From contig JAIVGZ010000005.1 of NCBI GenBank assembly GCA_020201335.1, positions 45,099-109,098 on the forward strand: a DNA stretch of 64,000 bases, written 5' to 3'. Each line of letters starts with the position of its first letter. Position 1 is the stretch's first letter. Source of the stretch: Natronospirales bacterium. GTDB lineage: Bacteria > Pseudomonadota > Gammaproteobacteria > Natronospirales > JAIVGZ01. This document shows positions 32,601 to 40,003 of the stretch, one piece after another. The position numbers and the translations under genes were made by a program. The notes beneath the pieces were generated by a model. That model did no database searches. It was not told the DNA's origin and worked only from the letters and a program-made list of their open reading frames with translations.

Positions 32601-32763
32601 CCGGAACCATCGTGCGGACAATCACCTGCGTGTCGGACAGGTCGGGTATTGCGTCGATCGGTGTGTTACGGACCGCATGAATACCGGCGGCGGCGCAAGC
32701 GAGCGCGAGCACGAGTACCAGTACCCGGTTCGCAATCGACCAACGAATGATTGCATCGATCAT
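29647..32763 (-). CDS. cusA: CusA/SilA heavy-metal RND permease
   Basis: DAIPDLSDTQVI, ANIMSLGGIAI, DPAPLTMIET, RIDML, MQRIAAPMVGG. Confidence 0.95.
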   Translation of the reverse strand: MIDAIIRWSIANRVLVLVLALACAAAGIHAVRNTPIDAIPDLSDTQVIVRTMVPGQAPEVVERQVTYPLTTALMAVPGAHTVRGFSMFGDSFIYVLFDDGTDPYWARSRVQEYLSQVEGQMPAGIRPALGPDATGVGWVYKYALVDRTGAHDLSQLRALQDWFLKFELQGVPGVAEVATVGGMVRQYQVAIDPNRLRAYGIGLEQVRMAVERGNAEAGGSLLELAEAEYMVRATGYIQSLDDLRQIPLGRNASGTPILLQDVADIRRGPAQRRGIAELDGKGEVVGGIIVMRHGENARATINAVRTKLDELRAGLPPGVEIVEAYDRSALIGRAVATLWEKLALEFLVVIIICGLFLWHLRSSLVIVLSLPLGVLAAFIVMYQQGINANIMSLGGIAISIGVMVDAAIVLIENVHRHFEREVPGRDAHWQTIERATLEVGRPIFFSLMIVALSFLPVFALEAQEGRMFAPLAFTKTYTMAAAAGLAITLVPVLMGWFIRGRIRPERENPVANFLHRHYRPLVGGALRRPWWVAVGALLLIASTLYPLSRLGTEFMPELDEGDLMYMPTTLPGLSPGKAAELLQQTDALIRQVPEVARVLGKAGRAETATDPAPLTMIETFITLKPRNEWRDGMTTARLISELDALVQIPGVSNAWVFPIQTRIDMLQTGIRTDVGIQVTGADLNVIQNVATQIEAVVADIDGTLTAFADRPAGGRYVVIDVDRTAAARHGMNIADVHETVRYGIGGADVTETVEGLERYPVNVRLHADWRDSPERLREIPIVTPAGTHVPLGELATVSIADGPAMIRTENTRPASFVFVDIEGRDLGGWVAEARRVIADEVDLPPGYTVGFSGKYEYMERARARLGTLVPLTLVIIVVLLMMTFRRASDSALVLSAVPLSLAGGLWLMWLLDFNMSIGVAVGFVALGGLAAETGVIMVVYLNQALERWRAGADHTRAALSTALADGAALRVRPITMTQATVFLGLLPVMLGGGTGSEVMQRIAAPMVGGVFTVWLVALFVLPALYFLWHARKLDAVLH

Positions 32764-32772
32764 GCGGCGCTC

Positions 32773-33987
32773 CTAGTGCTGGTGCCCGGCGCCTTCGAGC
32801 CGGCCGTGGCCGGCGCGGAGCGCCGCTTCTGAGTCCAGCAGGAACTGGCCGGACACGACGACTTCGTCTCCCTCGGCCAAGCCTTGGCGAATCTCGACCC
32901 AGTCCCCGCTCTCGGCGCCAGCGGTGATCTCACGCACAACGAAGTTCTCGGCGTCGTCGCGCAGCACGACGCGCACCGATGTGCCGGTGCGTATCAGCGC
33001 CTCACGCGGGACCATCAGCACGTTGTTCGCGGCGCCACCGAAGATGCGTACCGAAGCCCACATCCCCGGGCGCAGCGTGCCGGACGGGTTGGCGAGCGGT
33101 AGCCGCACGCGCAATGTCCGCGTCGTGTCGTCGAGTGTCGGGTAAATATACGCAACCTCGGTTTCGAGCTTCTCTTCGCGCGCGTATGACAGCGTCGCCT
33201 CGGCGGGCTGACCGACCCGCAGCCACGTGGCATGCCGGTCGAACACCTCGGCAGTGAGCCAGACGGTCGACAGGTCGGCAAGTTCGAGCAGTAGGTCGCC
33301 GGGCCCCACTGCCATCCCGCGCCGGATGCCCAGTTCGCGCACGACGCCGTCGGAATCGGCGTGCCACGGCAGCGCGCGCTGCACGCGCCGAGTGCGTTCA
33401 ACTTCCGCAATTACCGTGTCCTGCACGCCGAGCGCACGAAGGTTGTCGCGCGCTGCACGCGCCGCACCGGCGTCGTCGCGCCGCAGCGCGAGCAGCAGCT
33501 CATCCTGTGCAGTCACGAGTCGTGGCGAATACAGCGTGAATAGCACTTGGCCTTCGGTGACCGCCTCACCGACCGCGTTGACTCCGACTTCTTCAATCCA
33601 GCCGTCGACCCGCGGGTGCAAACGCACCAATTTCGATTCGTCATAGCCGACAACTGCCGGCGCGTCGATTGGCCGCCACATCCGTCGGCGCTCAGCCGCT
33701 GCGCTCCGGATGTTCATCGTTTGCTGCACCACCGGTGCCACGCGGAGCCGCCCTTCGTTCACCTCGTCTGCGTAGCGCGGCACGAGTTGCATGTCCATGA
33801 AAGGCGATGGCCCGGGCTTGTCGAAGCGTTGCTGCGGGTGCATCGGGTCGTACCAGTACAGCACCTCGCGCTCGCCCTCGTATTCGGGCACCTGTGTTGG
33901 TTGATCGTGTCCCGCGTGTTCGTCGGGTGCGCCACACGCTGCCAGCGCCGCGACAAAAAAGGCGATTGAAAGTGATTTGAGTTTCAT
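32773..33987 (-). CDS. cusB: CusB-type RND membrane fusion protein
   Basis: [36 protein letters not shown]. Confidence 0.92.
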   Translation of the reverse strand: MKLKSLSIAFFVAALAACGAPDEHAGHDQPTQVPEYEGEREVLYWYDPMHPQQRFDKPGPSPFMDMQLVPRYADEVNEGRLRVAPVVQQTMNIRSAAAERRRMWRPIDAPAVVGYDESKLVRLHPRVDGWIEEVGVNAVGEAVTEGQVLFTLYSPRLVTAQDELLLALRRDDAGAARAARDNLRALGVQDTVIAEVERTRRVQRALPWHADSDGVVRELGIRRGMAVGPGDLLLELADLSTVWLTAEVFDRHATWLRVGQPAEATLSYAREEKLETEVAYIYPTLDDTTRTLRVRLPLANPSGTLRPGMWASVRIFGGAANNVLMVPREALIRTGTSVRVVLRDDAENFVVREITAGAESGDWVEIRQGLAEGDEVVVSGQFLLDSEAALRAGHGRLEGAGHQH

Positions 33988-35219
33988 GGGTTCTCTCCGG
34001 CGAGGTAGCCGAGCTCGGCGCGTACGCGCAGCAACTGGAGGATGACTTCGTGGTACTGCAGGCGCACGTCATATTCGGCGACCTGCGCGCGCACGAGTAC
34101 GAGCAAGTCCTCGCTGCCGGCACGGTAAGCGTTCAGCGCCGTTTGCGTGAACTCGGCGGCAGCGGGCAACAGCCGCTGCTCGTACAGCTCCCGCTGTGCC
34201 TTGAGCTCAGCATGGTCGGACAGCGCGCGCTCAAGTTGATATTCGAGCTCGTACAACTCGGATTGCCGTTCCGCATCCGTCGCCCATGTACGCGCCTGGG
34301 CTGCGGCAAGTCGGCGGTCCTGTCGGTTCGCGGTGAACAGCGGGACCGATACCGTCACGCGTGCGGATACCGCATCCGGCATCTCCATGCCCGCGCGCAG
34401 GCCGGTGCGCCGCATGTAGCCGACGGACATGCCAAATTGTGGGCGGTAGCGCGCTCGCTCGGCTGCTTCCCCGAGCCGGCCGGCTTCGGTGCGCGCCGCG
34501 AACGCGCGTGCACGAGGGTGCTCCGCCAGTCGAGAGCGCAGAGAGATAGGGTCTCCCGGTTCCGCGAAGTCTGGGTGGCCACTCTCAAGCGCCCGTGCTG
34601 CAAGTTCCGGCCCGATGCGCAGCGCGAGCGCCGCGCGCGCCGAGCCGACCTGCCGGCGCAGGCGGCTCTCCTGCTCGTCGACGCGCATCAGCTCGATGCC
34701 TACCTGGATCACGTCGTCGCGTCGCCCGACCCCCTGAGCGTAGCGGGACTCGACTGTGTCTGTAATTTCCTCGAACCGTGCGCGAGTTTCACGGACGACT
34801 TCGAGTGCCGCGTCCAAGTAGAGTAAATCCAGCCAGTCGCGTGCGACCGCGTGCACCAGCTCGAGCCTACGAGCCTCGGCGAGCAGCAGTTCCGCGTCAG
34901 CCAGACGCTCACCGCGCCGGCTTGCGCTCCTGCGAATGCCGCGCGGCGGAAAGCGCTGCATGATGCCGACCTCGTACATCCGCATCTCGTCCGAGACGAC
35001 ATCGAACCCGTCGACTGGCAATTCGCCGATGCCAACCATCAGTTCGGGGTCAGGCAGCGCTCCTTCGGCAATCGCATCGTCGGCCAGCGCCGCGGCACGG
35101 GCCTCCAAACGCTGCAGCATCGGATCGCGCTCGAGCGCAGCACGCGTCGCTTCGGCGAACGTCAGCGGCGACGCCTGCGCGGCGCCGGCGAACAACATCA
35201 GAACAAGTAATCGGACCAT
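33984..35219 (-). CDS. TolC/CusC-family outer membrane factor
   Basis: LPDPEL, VPLFTANRQDR; upstream of cusBA. Confidence 0.85.
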   Translation of the reverse strand: MVRLLVLMLFAGAAQASPLTFAEATRAALERDPMLQRLEARAAALADDAIAEGALPDPELMVGIGELPVDGFDVVSDEMRMYEVGIMQRFPPRGIRRSASRRGERLADAELLLAEARRLELVHAVARDWLDLLYLDAALEVVRETRARFEEITDTVESRYAQGVGRRDDVIQVGIELMRVDEQESRLRRQVGSARAALALRIGPELAARALESGHPDFAEPGDPISLRSRLAEHPRARAFAARTEAGRLGEAAERARYRPQFGMSVGYMRRTGLRAGMEMPDAVSARVTVSVPLFTANRQDRRLAAAQARTWATDAERQSELYELEYQLERALSDHAELKAQRELYEQRLLPAAAEFTQTALNAYRAGSEDLLVLVRAQVAEYDVRLQYHEVILQLLRVRAELGYLAGENP

Positions 35220-35286
35220 TGCACCTCTCCTTCACTTATGCGCCACACACGGCGGCGCGCCCACGGTCAAACGCAGGGAAGGGAGG

Positions 35287-35670
35287 CTATTCGAGGTGGC
35301 AGCAGAACCGTTCGGTGAAAGGCGGGCCGGTCGACTGAGGTCGCTCGTGGTGGAATGCGGTACGGATGCGTTCCGGTGACTGCTGCGGCGCAGCGAACAC
35401 GGTGAGCGCTACAGCGATCGGCGGTTTCGGCTTGGCGTGCTCGCCTCCGGCAGCGGAATCCGGTGCGGAGCAGTCCAGCGTGCCGTCAGCACACGGTGGC
35501 ACAACATCCACCGGGCAGTGCGGACAGTCGTGGTGGCCGGCGTGTGACGCCGTCACCTGATCCAGCGCCGCCAGACAAGGCTGCATCACGAGCAGCATCC
35601 AGCCGGCCGCGAACACGGCGAATGCCGTGGCCGTCATCGACCTGCGTGGCTGTGCGTGACCGCTGAACAT
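35287..35670 (-). CDS. His/Cys-rich putative metal-binding leader protein
   Basis: Signal/TM segment, HAGHHDCPHC, C-terminal RFCC; first gene of the cus operon. Confidence 0.6.
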   Translation of the reverse strand: MFSGHAQPRRSMTATAFAVFAAGWMLLVMQPCLAALDQVTASHAGHHDCPHCPVDVVPPCADGTLDCSAPDSAAGGEHAKPKPPIAVALTVFAAPQQSPERIRTAFHHERPQSTGPPFTERFCCHLE

Positions 35671-35722
35671 CGCCGAACTATAGTCCCGTCAAGCACTTCC
35701 GGGCAACTGCGGACCCCATCGC

Positions 35723-36028
35723 TTACCGGAATAGCCCGATGAGGCGGACACCACCCACGATTGCGAGCGCGTAATAGACGCCCGTGATGAGCTTCCCGTA
35801 CGGCCAGCCGTCCAGCCATGCGAGCGCCGCGATCGCTAGCAGCAACTGCGTGGCAAGCAGGTAGAGCACCAGCGCACCGGGGCGCAGGTCTAAGCCCGCA
35901 CGCGCGTGCCGCGGCCACAGCAGCGCGCCGCCCGATGCCAGCGCCAGAAGTACCATCGGCGACATCAACGCGAGCACACCAAGCACGCGCAAGAGGTCGT
36001 CGGGCCCATACAGGATTAATGCGGACAT
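35723..36028 (-). CDS. small hypothetical membrane protein
   Basis: Hydrophobic 101 aa ORF from MSALILYG with a -10-like hexamer upstream. Confidence 0.5.
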   Translation of the reverse strand: MSALILYGPDDLLRVLGVLALMSPMVLLALASGGALLWPRHARAGLDLRPGALVLYLLATQLLLAIAALAWLDGWPYGKLITGVYYALAIVGGVRLIGLFR

Positions 36029-36050
36029 CTGCGTAATGTACAGTGCGTGG

Positions 36051-37241
36051 ATGCCGGTATCAGCCCCATCCCTCGCACGCCGCGGCGCGGCGTTCGGCCT
36101 GTTGGCCGCCGCCGCATCGGGCCCGGGACAGACATTCTTTATCGGCCTGTTCGGCGCCTCTTTCCGCGCCGACTTCGGGCTGTCGTCCGCGGCGCTCGGC
36201 GTGCTGTACGGTGCCGCGACGCTCGGCGCCGGCCTCCTGATGTTCTGGCTAGGCGCGCTCGCCGACAGACTCGCGCCGGGGCGCGCGATGGCGCTCGCGC
36301 TAGCGGTGCTCGGCGCGGGCGCATTACTGGTGGCAGGCGCGGACACAGCGCTGCCGCTCGTGGCCGGGCTGTTCCTCCTGCGGCTCGGTGGCCAGGGGCT
36401 TGCTGGGCACTTTGCGATTGTTGTCGCAGCGCGCTTCGGCGGGGCCGCGCGTGGACGGACCATCGCGGTTGCCGCGATGGGCTTCATGCTCGCCGAGGCG
36501 ACTTTTCCGCTGCTCGTAACCGCCGCGCTTGGGTCGTTCGGCTGGCGGGCAGTTTGGGTCGCAGTCCCAATCGCGTTGATTGCACTCGCATTGCCTGCGC
36601 TGTTGCACATCGGTCGACCGTTCCCGGCGCCGACGCTTCCGGGTGCGCAGCAGGCAGATGATGTTTCCGCCGTCTGGACCCGTCGTCGCCTGCTGCGCGC
36701 GCCGCAATTTGTCGGCGCGCTGGGCACCGTTCTCGTGCCGGCGTTCGTCGTGACCGCTCTGTTCTTCCACCAGACCGCGCTTGCCGAGCAGTTCGGCTGG
36801 ACGCCCTCGGCAGTCGCGCGCGCGTTCATCGTTTACGCGGGCTGCCAGGCGGCGGCAATCTTCATCGCCGGCCAGCTGGTCGACCGGTTCAGCGCGCGCG
36901 CTCTGGTGCCGGTTTACCTGCTGCCGCTTGCGGGTGGCGTGCTGGCGACAGTGGTCGCGCCACCCGCAGCGGCGCTGTGGCTGCTGTTCGCAGGGCTCGG
37001 TGTGACTGCGGGCGCCAATAGCGTTCTCGCGGGCGCGTTGTGGGTTGAGCTGTTCGGGAGCCGCAGCATAGGGTTGGTGCGCGGCATGTACGCAGGATGC
37101 ATGGTGCTGTCGTCCGCGGTCTCGCCGGCGTTGCTCGGCGCGCTGCTTTCGGCCGACGTCGCGGCACCACTGATATTTATTCCGGTTGCCGCGTACGCAG
37201 CGTTGATGCCGCTGCTGTTGCGGCCGTTGCTCCGTGGCTGA
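36051..37241 (+). CDS. MFS transporter
   Basis: SGPGQTF, GALADR, LRLGGQG, about 12 TM. Confidence 0.88.
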   Translation: MPVSAPSLARRGAAFGLLAAAASGPGQTFFIGLFGASFRADFGLSSAALGVLYGAATLGAGLLMFWLGALADRLAPGRAMALALAVLGAGALLVAGADTALPLVAGLFLLRLGGQGLAGHFAIVVAARFGGAARGRTIAVAAMGFMLAEATFPLLVTAALGSFGWRAVWVAVPIALIALALPALLHIGRPFPAPTLPGAQQADDVSAVWTRRRLLRAPQFVGALGTVLVPAFVVTALFFHQTALAEQFGWTPSAVARAFIVYAGCQAAAIFIAGQLVDRFSARALVPVYLLPLAGGVLATVVAPPAAALWLLFAGLGVTAGANSVLAGALWVELFGSRSIGLVRGMYAGCMVLSSAVSPALLGALLSADVAAPLIFIPVAAYAALMPLLLRPLLRG

Positions 37242-37884
37242 GTCCGTGCGTTGCCCGCTGTGTGCGGCGCGGGACGCACAGAAGCAGGTTGCGGCGTCGA
37301 GCGGCCATTACTTGCACTGCGCGCTGTGCGACCTGGTGTACCAGGTACCTGCTCAGCGGCTCGCGTCTGATGCGGAGCGCGCGCATTACCTGACGCATGA
37401 GAACGAAGTCGATGACCCGCGCTACCGCGCATTTCTTGCGCAACTCGCGGCCCCGCTGCTCGAGCGGCTGCCCGCAGGCGCGGAGGGGCTCGACTATGGC
37501 GCAGGTCCGGGGCCGGCACTCGCCGCGATGCTGGCCGAAGCCGGCCATCCCACCGCCATATACGACCCTTATTTCGCACCAGCGCGCGCCGCGTTGGATC
37601 GGGATTACGACTTCATCACCTGCACAGAAGTGGTCGAGCACCTGCATGACCCGCGCAGCGACTTTGATTTGCTGGCGCGATTGTTACGACCTAATGGGTG
37701 GCTTGGATTGATGACCGAATTGCGGCCAGAGCTCGCCGCGTTCCCCGACTGGTACTACCACCGCGACCCGACGCACGTTTGCTTCTACTCGGAACAGACA
37801 ATCCACTGGATTGCCGCGCGCTACCTGTGGAGTGTGGAATTCGTCAGCCGGCGCGTGATTCTGCTGCGCGCACCAATGCCCTGA
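37234..37884 (+). CDS. class I SAM methyltransferase with N-terminal Zn ribbon
   Basis: CPLC/CALC, LDYGAGPG, TEVVEH, WYYHRDPTH. Confidence 0.85.
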   Translation: MAESVRCPLCAARDAQKQVAASSGHYLHCALCDLVYQVPAQRLASDAERAHYLTHENEVDDPRYRAFLAQLAAPLLERLPAGAEGLDYGAGPGPALAAMLAEAGHPTAIYDPYFAPARAALDRDYDFITCTEVVEHLHDPRSDFDLLARLLRPNGWLGLMTELRPELAAFPDWYYHRDPTHVCFYSEQTIHWIAARYLWSVEFVSRRVILLRAPMP

Positions 37885-38521
37885 ACAAGTGCAATTGCCG
37901 CCGGATAAAGATTAAGAACTCGGGGTGCCATTGCACACCCATCAGGAAGCCGTATTCGCGGTCTTCCACCGCTTGCACGATGCTGTCGAGGTCGCGCGCG
38001 ACGACGCGCAAACCGCTCCCCACCCTGTCGATTGCCTGGTTGTGCAGGCTGTTGATCCGTGCGTTGCCGGCGCCCATCACCTCCGCGAGCAGGCTGTCGG
38101 CTTCGTTGATGCACAGCGTCTTCAAAGGCAGCACGGTGCGCCGGTGGGAGGTCCTGCGACGTTGAGGGCGCAGGTCCTGGAACAGGCTGCCGCCGCGGCA
38201 CACGTTCAATAGCTGCGCGCCGCGGCAGATGCCGAGCAGCGGAAGGCCGCGCTCGAGCGCATTGTTAATTACGCGGGTTTCGAATGCATCGCGCGCCTTG
38301 TCGTGGCGTGGTTCAACTTCTGGCTCCGCCGCGTAGAGCACCGGGTCGATATCGTGGCCACCCGTGACGACCACACCGTCATACCTGTGTCTGGTGAGGT
38401 CTGTGCCGGGCCCCAGTTGCAGCGGGTGCGCGCCGTACAGCCGTACCGCTACGCTCACGCACGTGCGCGGCCCCAGCGCACCGCGCGAAGGCCCGGTGAC
38501 CGCGATTACTGGCTGAGCCAT
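37844..38521 (-). CDS. peptidase C26 / gamma-glutamyl hydrolase-type glutamine amidotransferase
   Basis: GGHDIDP, LGICRGAQ, NSLHNQ, VQWHPE. Confidence 0.9.
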   Translation of the reverse strand: MAQPVIAVTGPSRGALGPRTCVSVAVRLYGAHPLQLGPGTDLTRHRYDGVVVTGGHDIDPVLYAAEPEVEPRHDKARDAFETRVINNALERGLPLLGICRGAQLLNVCRGGSLFQDLRPQRRRTSHRRTVLPLKTLCINEADSLLAEVMGAGNARINSLHNQAIDRVGSGLRVVARDLDSIVQAVEDREYGFLMGVQWHPEFLIFIRRQLHLFRALVRAAESRAG

Positions 38522-39501
38522 CGCCGTCTCACGCGGCCGGCCCAGTTTCCAAGCCAGCGTTGCAACGGTTGGTCGAGGAAGGCCGTGTAAGCGCGGCAGC
38601 AGGCGTCGAGTCGGTCGCGATCCGCAGCAAGGCGCTCGACCTCGAGCCAGTCGTTCCATGCGAGTTCCATACCCCAGCCGGGCCGGCCGATATCGCTGTT
38701 CGGTAACCGGTAGTGGAATGTCGGGCGCGCCTTGATCAGCGGGTCGTCCGTTGCGGCGCGTACGCGCTGCTCATCCAAATGCAGGAACAGCGGCATGAGG
38801 TCGAGCGCGCGGTTGCGTGTCGGGTTCGCGGTGAGATAGTCGTCGATCATCCGGTCGCGGTCTGGCCAGTAGTCAACGGCAACGACCGCGCGCACGTACT
38901 CGGATGGAAACGGGTCGACATAACTGGTGGCGCGCCGCGCGACATCAATGTCTGCACGCTTGAACAGCCAGTCCTGCAGGCATAGGAACGCCTTCAGGTA
39001 GGCAAGCAGCGTGTCCGAGTCAGCGGCGGGTATTTCGGGGTTGAACTGCATGCCGAACGCATTGGTCAGGTTCTCGGAGGTCCCTTTGGCACCCGCGTCG
39101 CGCAGCAGTGGAATCAGCCGCCGTATGTCGGACAGCCGCTCCATCGGAAGCGGCGGCGACACAAGTTCGAGTGGAACCAGCGGCTCCGCCAACCGTTTCA
39201 ATGCCTCTTCGGCGGTACTACGCAGGTCGTCAGCGAACGTGTCCTCGTCGCGCACTTCACGGCCGAGCTCCTTCAGCAACTGAAAATCCACCTCGACCTG
39301 CCAGTCACCGGCGCTGTCACCGTGCAGCGCGCGTTCGTAACGGCCGGTCTCCTCGACGGTAAGGTCGAGTGCGTTAGCGACGAGTTCGGCGAGCGCGTCC
39401 AGCGGCAGACCGTTCATCTCGATTTCGACGCCGATGCGTCGCGGCGCACCGTCTGCACCATTCATGACCGGTGGCATAGCCAATTTTCTGTCATCGCTCA
39501 T
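38506..39501 (-). CDS. amidoligase (COOH-NH2 ligase) family protein
   Basis: RRIGVEIE, ELVSPP, NPTRNRALD, RPTFHYRLPN. Confidence 0.8.
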   Translation of the reverse strand: MSDDRKLAMPPVMNGADGAPRRIGVEIEMNGLPLDALAELVANALDLTVEETGRYERALHGDSAGDWQVEVDFQLLKELGREVRDEDTFADDLRSTAEEALKRLAEPLVPLELVSPPLPMERLSDIRRLIPLLRDAGAKGTSENLTNAFGMQFNPEIPAADSDTLLAYLKAFLCLQDWLFKRADIDVARRATSYVDPFPSEYVRAVVAVDYWPDRDRMIDDYLTANPTRNRALDLMPLFLHLDEQRVRAATDDPLIKARPTFHYRLPNSDIGRPGWGMELAWNDWLEVERLAADRDRLDACCRAYTAFLDQPLQRWLGNWAGRVRRRWLSQ

Positions 39502-39916
39502 CGTTCACCAGCCTTCGATATGCCCATGCTTGTTCCCCATCCGCGAGCGTTACGCGGACGCGGTCATAACGGATACCAAGTCTCTCGTACCGGTCCAGCC
39601 GACGCAGCGCATCCGCATCCACCTCAACCACGAAACCGCGCACTTCCGAGTCCGCCTGCGGTTCGATGTCGAGGCCGTCACGCCGGTAACCGGGCAGTAC
39701 GGCAGGTGTCGTGTCCGCGGTGCTGCGGATGACGAGCCACCGAATCGAAGCGAAGCGTAAGGTGCCGTACACGAACACGGCATGCGTGCCGGGTCCGATC
39801 TCGGGAGGCGTCGTAGGCGCGGCATAGCCAAACGGGCTGAGCAGCGCATACCAGAAATAGCCCGCGACGAGCGTTGTTGCGCCGACCGCCGCGAGTGCCG
39901 GCACGCGCCACCGCAC
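39491..39916 (-). CDS. gamma-glutamylcyclotransferase family protein with N-terminal TM
   Basis: FVYGTL, LDRYE, YDRVRV, AWAY. Confidence 0.82.
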   Translation of the reverse strand: MRWRVPALAAVGATTLVAGYFWYALLSPFGYAAPTTPPEIGPGTHAVFVYGTLRFASIRWLVIRSTADTTPAVLPGYRRDGLDIEPQADSEVRGFVVEVDADALRRLDRYERLGIRYDRVRVTLADGEQAWAYRRLVNDER

Positions 39917-40003
39917 TTATATCACCGGGCGTTGATGCATCCGTCGATACTATACGATGAGCGCGCCTTGCCTGGCGCAATCGCGCCAGTTACTGTCCGG
40001 TAG

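Noticed and set aside
20482-35670. Genomic island integrated at tRNA-Phe
   Set aside because: Accessory-looking cargo follows the tRNA, but I found no integrase and no direct repeat of the tRNA 3' end
35723-36829. 368-aa minus-strand ORF
   Set aside because: Mostly the antisense shadow of the MFS gene; only the last 101 codons look like a real protein
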